Assembly (NCBI GenBank): GCA_020891255.1
Contig: BQFW01000007.1
Span: 930,001 to 994,000 of the forward strand
Length of the DNA: 64,000 nt
Origin: Entomortierella parvispora E1425
Lineage: Eukaryota > Fungi > Mortierellomycota
Reading direction: 5' to 3'
Shown here: positions 47,435-60,599 of the stretch, piece after piece
Layout: every line of letters starts with the position of its first letter
Position numbering within the stretch: position 1 is the first letter of the stretch
The notes under the pieces: model-generated
Seen by the model: the letters and a program-made list of their open reading frames with translations, nothing else
What the model was told of the DNA's origin: nothing
Database searches by the model: none
Position numbers and translations under genes: made by a program

Positions 47435-50400
47435 TCATAGCACGACAGCCTGAACAGCAGCGACATCGTTCACGTTCCGGTTGAGGATAATACGATTCAC
47501 AGAGTCCATGATGGGTCTCAACATGGTCGTGTTGGTCGCGTCTGAATAATGGATGTAAATGTGTTTCGACTCTGACCGGTTCAGGCGTTGGAACCGATCC
47601 TTGAAGAACTCGGTCGCCGCGGCCTCGTCATCATCTGCCCCGAGGTAGTCTGGGAAGTACCGCTTTATACTCGAGTACTTGATCTTTTCCCGGAAGATGT
47701 CTGTCTTGTTGAAAAACAGGATCATGGACGTGTGTACGAACCATTGAGAGTTACAGATCTGATCAAACAACATCATTGCTTCCTCCATTTGGTTCTGATT
47801 CGCGTAAAGGAAAAGAGGAGAGAGAGGGGGGGGGGGGGAGTACATTGGTTAGTTCTCCTGGGTGGGACAAAAATGCATTCATGCAGAACTAACAATAAAA
47901 AAAAAACAAAAGCCTAGAACGTACTGCATCCTTGTCCTCGACCAAACATTGATCATATCCGCTAATGGCTGCCAAGAACAACACGGCTGTAACTCCTTCG
48001 AAGCAATGGATCCACTTTTTACGCTCAGATCGTTGACCACCCACGTCAAACATCCGGTATGTCAGATGACCCACGTGGAAAGTTGTCTCTGTGATGCCTG
48101 TCGACTTGACACGGCACCGCAAAATGTCAGAATCGTCTGGAAGGTAGTTGTGGCTGTAAATTCGATCCACTGAATCGAAAAAGCTGAAAAAAACAGGATT
48201 ACAAACAGGAAGCAGATTAGAGACGAGGTGATGGGTTTGGATGAGCGTAAGAGCGAGAGAAAACATGACAGTTGACAAACTCACTATCTAACGTTATCTG
48301 CCAATGCATAGGTGTGTCCGAGCTTATATGTTTCTTGAACTGCTGGGTCGGACCAGAGAGCTTTCAAAGCCTTTTGGTATTGCGGTGGGTAAGGGGCACC
48401 ATTGCTGATACGCGGGGTCGAGGCAAAGATGGCCAGGTACTGGTCATTCTCACGGTTGGCCAATTCTATATCATGGTCCTCCATTGCAATCAGGATCGAT
48501 TGCATCGATGTGATCATATTAGAAAAGACAAAGCCTCGGAAGGCTTCTCGTTCGGGCTTGGAGAATCCCGAGGCGTGAAGTAACTTCATCTGTTTGATAA
48601 TGGTCGTCTTTCCAGCCTCACCCGCACCTAAATGTGATAATGGTGAGCCATCCTTTTGGTTAGACTGAAAGTTACTTTTTCACTTTGTTTGTAAAGAGTA
48701 CAGGCTGAAAGTACTCGACTGTAATGGGGAGGGACATGCAAAATAAAATAAAATAAAAATGAGAGCCACGTGGCTGCAGATACCTCCTCTTAGAAAAACA
48801 ACATGCTTCAAAGTAGAGGGGAACCAGGAAGGAGCACGCCGCATTCTTGCGGATCGATAAAGAGCCGCAGTGGAACAACACACACAGAGGATTTTACACT
48901 ACCACAAGGGCGCGGGGAGTGAAAAGAAGGAAAGCATCGGCGAGACAAAAGCATGCACCAGCGCCTTGTCTGGACTTCAAATGGTCCCACTCGCCCTCGA
49001 TTTGTTTGCCCCCACAAAAAATACAAAATGAAATGCGATGCAATGCATGCAGTCACCATGACCAGGGGATAATGCACAGAAGAAACCAAAGCGACAACAA
49101 TTGCAAAACAATCCTGCCACGAGGAAAACGTATCGTTGCCCTTCCCTTATTCAGAAATCCTGTATCGCAACTCTTTGTCCCGAGTGCCCCTGAAATGCTG
49201 TGCTTCACAACTCTCTTTCCACAAATAACATGGCCAGTTGGAGAATCTTGTTGTGCAACACAAAGAAAAAAAACCACAGAGTCTCGTCCACGATACAGAG
49301 CCACTCTCGAGAAAAAAAAGAATCCAACAACAATGTTTTTTTTTTCCAGCCAGTATTCTCGCGTCGCTCAGCTTCGTCCACTGTCAAAGAATCATCGTGA
49401 GGGCTCATCTTGTGACAACTGGGCGTGAGGAAGACCAACACACTAGCGCCTCTTCCATAAATCTTCCCGCCCGATCAATTATGAGCTCTTCAGAAAAGGA
49501 TAGGAGGAAAGATGAACAAAAAGCGCACCCTTTTTCCAGTGGCGGTACAGAGTTGGGGTTTAAAGGGAAGGATGTCGATGGGAGAAAAGGGGACAACAAA
49601 CAGGAAATAAGATAACCCCTCCTTGGCTGAAATGAACATGTGGGAGGAGAATAAACGATTCTGAGCACTGGGAGTTATGGACCAGAGATGAACCCGACTT
49701 ACCGAGAAGAAGTAACTTGACTTCCAGCTGACGGAGACGTTCATCTGCTTTGATGGCAAGGTCGATTTTTCGACTCTGTTGCTCCTGTGAGTGTCCTGAT
49801 ACGCAAGCGCCCTTTGTAGCGAGAAGGAAGGAAGGGAAGAGCAGGAAGCAAGACCCTTGCGGTCAGTAACAGTGTCCGTGGATCCAATTCGAAAAAGACA
49901 GTTGGCAGATCACAAAAGAAGGCATCCCTTTGTGATACTCAACCTTCTCCAGCTCCGTTTTCTTCCCGGCGAACAAAGTGAGCAAAAGAAAAAGAAAGAT
50001 CGGAGACTGACCAGCCAAGGTCAGCACCATGCTCCTCCTGCCCCCCTTGGTTCTCTAAACCCTCTTCGCCTCTTGGAACGAGTATACCTCTGTCGCATTT
50101 TCGCAAGAACAGGTTCGGTCCATCAATTGGTGCGACAATTTTTTTTGTAGTTGGATTACACAAGGAATGGAGGCAGAGAGGGATGAAAAGAAGGATGTGT
50201 CGCCTTGGAAAGCGAAGAAGGACCAGGTATTCTCTCCTCCGCCTGATCAACTGCATCCAACGTCCTTGCAGTTGCTCGAGGGTGCTAACCTGCGGTCATG
50301 GCCCTCGCCCTGTTCAGTGATCCAAAAGCACGGTAGATCCCACACCCTGTAGATGGATATGCAGATTCCCCTTGCGCTGTGAGGCATTTATCTCGTTCTA

Positions 50401-50890
50401 GCCAAAGAGTCGATCACTAGGCTCCCGTCCCTCTTTTACACCCGTGCGTGCACACTCGACCATACACACTCGACCATACACACTCACCCCACTCGCTCAC
50501 TCACTCACTCACTCACTCACTCTCCTCCCCTATCTTCCGGTGGCTATGTGAAAAGAGAATGACAAGAGATGTACCCCAGCCACATATCTCCGTTGTCTGC
50601 AATAGACTTTTTTTTTTTGCTCCTCTTCATCTACCCGACGCGCGTAGCCAGATGAGAGAGAAAATAACATTTTTCTCTTTTCTTTGATGCCGGCGCGAGT
50701 CGAAACAAGGTTCGAGAAGAAGAGGACGAGGAAGACAGAGTGACCCAGGGCAAGGAGGAACAGATAGGGGCAGGAGACGACCGAAACACAGACACAGGAG
50801 ACGCGACCATGCCTGGGACGCGACCCTCTCACACGATAAACTTGGGAAAGGGGTAACAATGTCGACTCGGTGGGAAGGTGGACTTACCAT
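47435..50890 (-). CDS. Heterotrimeric G-protein alpha subunit (fungal group II-like), 5 exons
   Basis: ATG(50890-50888)|gtaagt ... aag|[37 protein letters not shown] (49811-49703)|[14 protein letters not shown] (from 48627)...[11 protein letters not shown]...[19 protein letters not shown]...LFFNKTD...YSDATNT. MGACVS myristoylation/palmitoylation start. Confidence 0.92.
50481..50522. repeat. (CACT)n microsatellite in G-alpha intron 1
   Basis: cactcacccc actcgctcac tcactcactc actcactcac tc. Confidence 0.8.
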
Positions 50891-53800
50891 GGCTGTGTCT
50901 TTTTTTTGTTTGTTAAAAAATATAGGCGCAGTGGCGGGGGAAGGAGCTGAGGTAAATGAACGCGTATCAAAAAGGAGTTGGAGATAGGAAGGGAGAGGGG
51001 GGAGGGAGTAGGGGACTGAGAGTCGATCTCTAGCCTTGTTTCGTTTTGTTTGAATGAAGGTAGGGACGAAGGAAAGAAGAGGTCTGGCCGCCAAGATCCT
51101 GATCGGCCGTGCTGTGATGTCCTTCAGAGGAGCCAAAAAGAACAAAGAGCGAAGGAAAAAAGTAACTAGAAAGCGAACTGGTCGGGCAAAGAGAAGGCGA
51201 GAACAAAAAACGTGGGGGTGGAAATCTTTCAGGCACAGAACAGGGTCAACGGAACGAAGAACGGGGGTGGGCTTGGCAGGGAAGGGGAGATTGCAGAGGA
51301 TGCAAGAGAAGGAATGCAGGGGTGGTGGAGGAGCAGAATGGGAGAGAAGTGCGGAATGGACAGAATGTTGCAGAAGAAGAGATGAGGGTGAGAGGAAGGA
51401 TGTAAAGAGGAAAAAGAGAGGAAGAAGGGTGAGAGCAATGCTTGTGTCCATGGGGCAGATGGGATGAGATGGGATGGGATGCAGCCGTCTGTTCTGTTCT
51501 GCTCGCTTTCCGTCCAGCCCTGGCAGCTCAACTGTCGAGGGATGGATGTGGCCCACGACAATGACAACTACCACAACCGCGACCATGGCACACACACAAC
51601 AAAAGCAGAGCCCTCGCCATGCTTCAATTCAACCAATCCATTCATTCAGTAGCGTCGAATCCAAACCGTCCGCCTGTTGCTCTCTGAGCACCACAACGAA
51701 CCCACCTTGGGACAGACAGACACAAGAGAGCCGTCGGTCTGCCTGGCTGTCCTCTTGCCTTCTTGACTGCCAAACCCATCTGCCCTGCCTCTGACTCTGA
51801 GCCGACTTGCTGCAGCATCCTGTGGGCATCAATGCCTTGAAGTGGTTAGGTGGGTGCCGACACGGAGGGGGCCCACCACCCATGGCTCAATACAATAGAA
51901 GTGTCTTTCTTGTCTTCGGCGTTTGCTCCTTCTTTCAGATCGTCGTCGCTGCTTCCCCCCTGTTCAGTGGCCCAGTCGATCAAAGAATGTTGCGTTCACA
52001 TTCGCTTGCCTAATCGCTCCGCTTCGCTGCCCTGTTGCCCTGTCGCTCTGTTGCCTTGCTGGTTTATTTTCTCTCACGCGCACGCCCGGTCGACTTCGAG
52101 TTATTCTTTTGACCCCTATGTTGCGATTTCATTTTCATTTTCATTTTTTTTTAATTGAATGAAGGGGGGAGAGGGGGAGAGAACGACTGGCGCTGGCGCG
52201 TAAGCATTGCATTGCTGTCTAGACGCACTTTTGTTTGTATTATAGGGGGGTTGTTTGACTTGCAGATGGGGTATTCTTCCAGGGTTTGTTTAAGCGCGTT
52301 TATTCTTTTACTGAAAGAGATCGAGAATTATAATGGACACCCGGAGAGCGTCAGCAAATTGTAAGCAAGAAGCAAGAAAAAAAAAGGACGATCGACAAGA
52401 GCACCTATTTGTCTATTTGTCTATTTGTCGTTACGTCGAGAATAGAAGCGGGCGAGCGAGCGAGCAAAACGACATATGCAACAGATATGGCCCAAGGTCA
52501 ATGGGGCAAGCAGACCAATAAAATGGCAATTGAAGAGCTCGGGCTGCATCCATTACATTAGCCGCTTCACCGTTCGCGCGATCTTGGTCTTTTTTTGTTA
52601 CTGCTCACCACTCCTTCTCTCTCTTCCTATCGGAAAAGGTCATTTCAGAAACATCTTCAGCTTCCTGGGAAAAAAGGAGGACCGTGGAACTAATTGAGTT
52701 GTCCATTCTTCCTTTCTCCCCCGTGATGAAAAGAGAAATAGAGCTCAACAGGACACAGACAGCAGACACATTCACTCCCTAAATAACTACATGCTTGGGG
52801 ACCCCTAGTCCTCATTCTTCCAGATCCTACCCCTCTTTCCTTCGGCCGTCATTGTGAATGGTTCTCTCGGGCCCTGTGTTTTCTTACATGAGTGGTACGC
52901 AACATTGAAAGGGTCGCGTTCCATTTATACATTTCGGGAAACGACGACGTCGACCACAGGATTTCGACACCATATTGAAATTTGAGTTAATGCTTTGTAC
53001 CGCCAGCAGAGGATGGTGCCCGCCCCTGATTGTCTGTCAAACAACAAAACTTGGCAGACACGCACCCCCGGAAAATCTGTTAGTCTAGCCCTCCTCCATC
53101 GTATCTTGAAGACGATAAAAAGAAAAGTCGAACCCAATGACACTTTTTTCTTGAGTTGTGGAGAACCAAATAAAACCACAGATCAAGGTGAAAGAGGGAT
53201 GATGGTCGATAACTGGAGTGGATGAACCTTGGAGCAACTCGTGCGTGGGTAACTTCAATAGATATTGCTTATTTGCAATTAACCCCTCCTCTTCTTGCAT
53301 TGGGGAGGGCAGTAATGTGGATCAATGACCAAAGTGTTGCTCCTGTACCCTGCTGTCCACTCCCCACCCTGACTTCTCCCCACCCTGACTTCTCCCCGTC
53401 ACCCATCTTGGCAAACGGCCTTTTTGTGTCTCTGTGTTCTTTTTTTTCATACCTGTCTCTATAGCCCTGGGAGCCTACGAAAGGAAAGGCAATGAGCAAA
53501 TCGTCGATTTGTGCCATCCAATATTCAAGTTTAGGAGCCAGACTCTACAAAAGCAGGTTAGGTCACCTCGTGTCGCCTTTCCTTGTCTGCACAGATCATG
53601 AAAACATGCTTGGTTTTTTTCGACAAACATCGCGTGCACTGATGTCCCCGTTTTGCAGGCATTGATAAAAAAATAAAAAAAATAAATCTGAGAGCTGGAC
53701 CCTCACGCTTTACCAACGGTTTAAAATCAGGCTCTGTGGGCTGCCATAAAACAAAAAGAGTTCTTGGATACAAAAAGACGGGACCGCTCATGAGCATTGA

Positions 53801-56467
53801 ACACGAGTTGTCATACACAGAAAACACAAGCTGAGAGCACTCTTTTTTTCTTTTTGTTTTGTTACTGTTCATGTGGCCGAAGGGTTTCCTGAGGATGGGC
53901 AAAAAGGCGGGCGGGTTACGAAAGTAACGCGATTTTTTTTTTGTTGTTGTCGTTCAGTCCCTGCAGCTCTTCATCGATGAAGTGAACGAAGTTTGACCAG
54001 AGACCGATAAAACAACAACTCGTTGTCTGTTCTAATCCAGGCTATTGTCGTAATTAGTTGTCGATGGACGCTCACTATCCGTTTACAGCGGCGGCCTGAC
54101 CGCCAAAGTCCGCCGTAAATTGACGTGAACGCTACAACGACGACAGTACATACGTCCATTCATTTCCAGAGATCGATAGCATTTCAATGGTAAATAGTTT
54201 TCGAGACCAAGATAGAAATAAAACGAAAGCCCATATTCTTTGAATTGCAAAGAATACATTCTCAGAAAGATGGAAAAAAGGATGAGATCTCATCTCTTCA
54301 TAATCGATCCTTTTCTAGATTTGCAATTTCGGCTCGTTGTGTTCGAGCTCTTTGCCTCCCCTCGGCTGGCAGACCTCAGCAAACTATCTGAAAGCATTCA
54401 GTGTTAACGGCAAGACCCTGGTCGGCGTTGTTGCAAAGCTCAATAAGAGTTATACTGAGGGTTTTTTTTTTTTTTTTTTTTTTTGCAAACCAAGAGCTTT
54501 TTGCTCATTGTACGACTATTTTAGCGAAAGATGCAGCATCTTGCTTGTAGTCCACAGGTGCAAGATGGAGACACCTGTTATAGCAACGAGGATCGCGGTG
54601 ATAACAGCTTATGATGAGCCATTTTTGTAGAGTGCTGTTACCTTCGTAAAATGAAAAGTGATGAGAAGCACTGCAAAACCATCCATTAACGCATGTCTTC
54701 CACGCCGGACATGGAAGCGGTGGGTTGCCCACATCTTGACCAACCCCACCCTTTTCTGGAAAGTGAGTGGTTCGATTTGGTAGCATGCAGAGTAAGGAGG
54801 CCAGAGAGCGAGAAACAACAGCAGCATGCTAGAGTTGGACAGCACAAACAATCTGAGAAAAGCCGAGCGAACGGGCCTCTTGTTTCATTTCAATCAGCAA
54901 TGGTGCATGCACGCACCCTTTGTGGAAAAAGTCGGCTATTTTGTTGATCAGCAACTGGTAATAGAAGGTGTGGTTCACTAAGGAAAGAAAAACTGCAAGG
55001 GGAAGAGAATGGATGCTAGTCTACACTCGCCAGGCGTGGGTTACCGCGAATGGTTGGGGATTTCTACACTTTACGAGTTTGTACATTTCACTCCATGATG
55101 TTTTAGCTTCGGAGGCTGCATGTGCAGTAGATTTTGGACGCGTTCAAGTGAGCGAACTCCTGGGGAAACATGCATGGGTCGAGGGGTCAAGTCGACGCCA
55201 CTTGTGAATATCCATCAGTCATGGTGGAACACTCAAAATGTAGAAGTAGCGAGATGGGCGGACAGTCAGACGCGCGTGGTGCGTGGGTAAGTCGGAGACC
55301 CTCTGTGCACGAGGGACGGACGACCTGTGGTTCTTTTATTGTGATGCATTTATCTGCAGTCCATGGGGCGCGATCGGACTTTTGAGCCTCAGCTGAGCTG
55401 GAAGAAGGAGTGCAGCAACCTGGGTGGAGAGTGGTGCCCGGCCTGGCTCTGAATATTGAGGCTTGTCTCATTCGATATGCCCAGAGGCACGATCGAAGGG
55501 CGAGCATCAGACGATTTTTTTTTTTTTTGGTGGCGATGGCATGTGAGAGTGCGTGAGCACTGACCGTGGAGGAGAGCGATCCCGCTCTGGGCCTTTTGCA
55601 TTTGTCAAGGGAATTGTTGCCAGCTGCTTTTGCTGCGTGCCAACGCCTGTGCTGCTGGTGCGAGCAATTGATTGCCATGATTGTCGCTTGCTGGAGATTG
55701 AGGGTGACATAACCAAGTTTATGAAGACGGATCGGCCTTGGTTGCAAAGCATTAAGGCCCCTGCCCTGTCCTTGCTTGCCCTGGCTCTCTGCCAGCCCAG
55801 AGTTCCTATTCGGGCCATTTCGAATGACAGATTCAAATTGTCTTTCCTCACTGCTGATCAGCACGCGCCCATGAGCTGATCTCCTCTTTTCTTCTTTTTC
55901 CTCTTTACTGGCAGGCGCATCGGTTTCCTTCTTTTCTTTTTCCTTCTTCATCGCTCTTGCATCTCTTTCATCCTCCATTCCTCAAGGACCCCTGATCCCC
56001 TGATCCCCATTTTTGCCACCAAACAAGTTTGCCTCGAAGGTAAAAACACGCAGACACGCAGACACACAGACACACAGACACACCCAAAGAAGCCCCGTCT
56101 CTTACTTTGCACACCGACCACCAGCCACTGCACCCAACAGAGGACAGAGAGATAAAGATGCCCCCAAAGGAAGACGCGCCAAGAGCAGGAGGGTCATGGC
56201 AGTGTCTCTTTCTCTCCCCACACCTGCAGATGCATGCGTCAAAGTGTCGAATCTCCATGACAAAAAAGAAAAGCGATCCGCGGACATTTTTGGGGGTGAA
56301 TTTTCACCCCAAAAAGAACTCCCTCTGTCGCACACAGATTTTTTTTTTCTTTTTTTTTTTATCTTGACGGATTGCATCCTGACCTGCATTTCTCTTCTTT
56401 CTTCTCTTCATCGTTCTGTTCATTGTCTTCATCATTCTAGCATCCTAATACATCCAGTTCAGTCATA

Positions 56468-58191
56468 ATGTCTATACGTGAGTAACCCAACCCACCCTTC
56501 AACAGACTTGCCATCACAGGACCAGAACAGCCAACATCGACCATACGAGCCCAGCTTTACTCCTTCGCCGTTGCACTCCAGCTGACAGCGGCCCTCCCGG
56601 TTGTCCTTGCGCTTGAACACAGGACAGCTCGACTCTCTCTCTCTCTCTCTTTGGGCATCATGGCTGGCTGCCGACGACCCATTGTCCAGGATGCATTCAT
56701 CTCGGAGCCATGTCCGACTGCTCTCTCTTTGTTTCGATAAACCCGCACCCTGACTGACCCTGACTGACCCTGACATATGCTTTTTGTACTCTCTTCCCCC
56801 GATCAGTTTCCACAGTGTCGATCGCAGTGGCCGTTGCGCCTATCATCTTCTTTGTCCTTCCCTATATCCTCGCTGCCCTGCCACAAAAGCCCCAGTTCCT
56901 GGCAAAGTGCATCGTGGTGCTTTTGGCCACAGTGGTCATGTCTGTCGCCGGATGCTTCATCTCGATCGTCTGTGCCATTCTCGACAAGCGTTATGTGATC
57001 AACTACGTCGTCTCGCGCCTCTTCTCCTTCTTGGCTGCCAAGCCCTGTGGTGTTACCTACAAGATTGTCGGCGAGGAGAAGCTGGACACCCACCCGGCTA
57101 TTGTTGTCTGCAACCATCAGTCTTCCATGGACATGATGGTTCTCGGTCGAGTCTTCCCCAAGCACTGCGTGGTCATGGCCAAGAAGGAGCTTTTGTACTT
57201 TCCCTTCTTGGGCGTCTTTAGTAAGTATTTGATCTGGATCTGTTTATTACACTGGTAGCTGATAGCATACTCACCTGGATGAGCACTGTGGAGCAAAATG
57301 CAAGGATCATGGACAATGCTTTGTCATACCAGATCACCGCGGATGAAAGCGAGGGACTAAGACTGTCGTCATTCACAGGGATTGCGCACACACCATGGAG
57401 CACCTAAGCAAATGGCGAAGGGGCAATTGAAGGACTGAGGCTACTCCGGATTTGGCAGTTGGACACGCCTCCCCACATATGAGACCAATTGTTTGCGTGT
57501 TGATCGGCTTTCGGATGAATCCCGTGCTAATACTGGAAAAATGATGCACCTCTTAGTGAAATTGAGCAACGCCATCTTCATCGACCGTAAGAACCACAAG
57601 AAGGCTATTGAATCCACCACCCAGGCTGTTGCCGACATGAAGAAGCACAACGTAAGTCTGCTGAAAAGGACCGCCTGCTGCTGTTTACTCGAGTTGATTA
57701 TCCCGCCCCTCGATATGATGCATTGGCATCTCACACTGTTTTGGCTTTTTCACAACTAGTCTGGCATCTGGATCTTCCCTGAAGGCACTCGCTCGCGTCT
57801 GGATACTGCTGATTTGTTGCCCTTCAAGAAGGGAGCTTTCCATCTTGCTATCCAGGCTCAGCTTCCTATCCTGCCCATTGTCTCTGAGGGTTACTCTCAC
57901 ATCTACGACTCTTCAAAGCGCTCTTTCCCTGGAGGCAAGCTCGAGATCCGCGTTTTGGATCCCATTCCTACCGTCGGCATGACTTCAGAGGATGTGAACG
58001 CTCTCATGGAGAAGACCCGCAATGTGATGTTGCAGCACCTCAAGGAAATGGATCGTCGCCCAGCTTTGCACGGCGAGTCCGAGTCCGTTTCTCCCAACGA
58101 AGCCAACGCCAATGGAAAGACGACAGCAACATCAGTAGGCAAGGAAGAGGATGAGACCAGTGTCAAGAAGAGGAGGACACTCAAGGACTAA
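56468..58191 (+). CDS. SLC1: 1-acyl-sn-glycerol-3-phosphate acyltransferase (LPAAT), 4 exons
   Basis: MSI|gtgagt...cag|LSTVSIAVAVAP...; CNHQSSMD motif I, AKKELLYFPFLG, IFIDRKN, IFPEGTRS, FKKGAFHLAIQAQLPILPIV; stop 58189-58191. Confidence 0.93.
56748..56774 (+). repeat. 10-bp tandem repeat (CCCTGACTGA x2.7) at the branch point of SLC1 intron 1
   Basis: ccctgactga ccctgactga ccctgac, ~30-55 nt upstream of the acceptor AG near 56805. Confidence 0.85.
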
Positions 58192-58505
58192 ATCAAAAAG
58201 CACCATGAAAACGAAGCGAAGGAACTCATCAGAAAAGACGATCCTAGATTATCGACCCATGGACATTTATATCCAGCCCAGACCATGAGCCAAAGCCAAA
58301 GGACCTTCTCTGCTACTTTGTTTCTTCCCTCAAGGATATCCTACCGTGCCATACTATTGTGTATACATATTTTTTTTCCTAGAAGCAACACATCATGCAC
58401 AAAAAAAACAAAAACAATAAAAAAAAATAAAAAAAAATACACGCGGTTGTGCTGTGCCTCCATGTCTCCATTCCTTCCATCTGTTCATTTCTCAAATTCA
58501 ACCCA

Positions 58506-60046
58506 ATGGTCTCCGCAATGGATCTGCCAGAAATTCTCTTGGCTGTTGCCCGGTTCTTGAGGCAACACCACCTCGCCGTCTGTGCCCAAGTCTCCAGTCA
58601 TTGGAACAGCATCTTTAACCCAGTTCTCTGGTCCACACTTTCTATCACGTCTTCTGAACATCCACCCGGTGATGACAACTCTGTTATGTCAAAGGCGACC
58701 CTTCTCCAGTATTCGAATGCTATTGTCAAGCTATCTTGTCAGGGAGAGACCAAGGCATGCTTTCTTTCAGACAACTTGAATTGCCCAAAGCTGTGAAATT
58801 TGTCCCTCTCTGGCGATTTCTCTCAAAAATCAAGATTTGTTCAACGCCATCAAGAAACCTTGACCCATCTGTCATTGAACCTGAGTAATCACCTATTGAC
58901 AAGGGAGGAATGCAAAGCAACAGGCACTGAACTTTGGCAGGTCATGAGCTTCTGTCAATCTTTACAATCGTTCTCGCTCAATGACGCCAGTATCGCGTTT
59001 GAGGATTGGCCTCTCTGTTGGAGTATATGGTCCCGCCTCATCGCCCTGAAAATCAATGGCACTGACTTTTGGAGTCCTCAAGGAGGCATGAGCTTGTCGC
59101 AATGGTTCTTGTCGGAGAGCAACAAGGATCATATGAAGACTCCGGCAAAGATTAAAGTGCTAGAGCTGTCGAATACTAGATTAAGTTCATTGGAGGACCA
59201 CTTTGCATTTCTCCCTTGGCTCACTGAGTTGGAGAGCTTCCGCTGGATCCCGCTCTACACCTCTGTTGATAGACGGAAGGGATTTGGCAAGCAGTTGGGT
59301 GAGAAGATTGCAAACTGTCCAAACTTGGTTCACCTGTACGCTAAACCTACACTGAACATGACATATCAAGGAAACTGGGATATTTTGCCGCTCCTGGAGG
59401 TCAGGGCTGTGAGTCCACACAGACCTTTAGAAGGAATATGGATACATCGGATCTCGGAAACCTCTTGGGGATGTCTTCGCGATTTACATGGTGCGAGCCT
59501 TCGGACCCTGGACCCGGAACTGTTACACCCAGTCTTCCCAATTTGGACTCGTTCACGGGAGGCACGATTGGAGATCTCAACATTGATTTTTTCAACGATC
59601 CGGTGGTGAATCGACCCTGGCCTTGCCATAAAAAATTGACCCAGCTGTCTCTGCATTTCCATATATCCGAAGAACAGAAGGGTTGCGTTCAAAGAGTACT
59701 TTTTCAGCGAATTGGGACGCTGACGAACCTCAAGACGCTTCGAGTGCTTGACCATTACGAAGTGGATTTGGAATGGAAATGGTCAGTGGATCTCCGATTG
59801 GGGAGGGGCCTCGACCTGCTCAAGACCTGCCGTCGATTAGAGCACCTGGATGTAGGCGCGCTAGGTCAAAAGATGACATTGGAGGAAATCGAATGGATGC
59901 GGGAAAGTTGGCCTCGATTGCAGACTGTTCGTGGGCTATTATTCAGCAGCACCTTGTCGGACGCCCTGGCTCTTCGAGACGTGTTTATAGGGGAATTGCC
60001 CACATCGTGTGTCAATGCCCATATCTGGGAAGGCAGTGCAAACTGA
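58506..60046 (+). pseudogene. F-box/LRR-family gene with premature stop and frameshift
   Basis: F-box MDLPEILLAVARFLRQHHLAVCAQVSSHWNSIFNPVLW. In-frame TGA at 58794-58796 (CPKL*NLSL; flanking ORFs share a frame). Frame change near 59500-59540 into SLPNLDSF...RPWPCHKKLTQLSL...QRIGTLTNLKTL...LEEIEWMRESWPRLQTVRG. Confidence 0.8.
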
Positions 60047-60599
60047 TGCCAAAATGAGGCTTGGGAGGAAACTTGCGCGGGATCCCGCGCCCACCCTTTT
60101 TTTTTTTTTTTTCAAAAAAAAGAGCAAGAAAGGTCTGCAACCAAATAAATCCTCGAGACATCCACAAAAAAAAGTATGCATTGCTTTATTCTGCCATTCA
60201 CCTTTGCCGGGGAGTTTGAGAAAAAGAGTGCTCCCAGTCTGCCACGGACATGGGACAGGAGTCATCAGCAGAACTGCCAGCTTCGTTTCGGAGGTGTCTC
60301 TCTTCCCTTGCCAATGTTGAGAGGTATCTGCCCAAAAAGAAAAAAAAATAAAAGATATACAGTGTTGTCTGTGATGGCCCATGTGTGCAGTCGACTCCCC
60401 TCTTGTGCTCAAACTTTCGAAAGTCGACCGGGCATGCCCATCGATCTTCATACTCCGTTTCAGATCAGCCGAGCGTCGAATGAACAGAGCCCAGGAATTG
60501 GGGTTTTGTCCAAGACTTGGATGCATCCTGATCTCCTCTCCTCTCCTCTTTCCTCTCCACCCCCCAACACCCGTTCTCTTTACCATCAAAAGAAATCTA

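Noticed and set aside
55187-55978. 263-aa minus-strand ORF
   Set aside because: Built from purine-rich simple sequence and a polyA run, no motifs or splice support; likely spurious.
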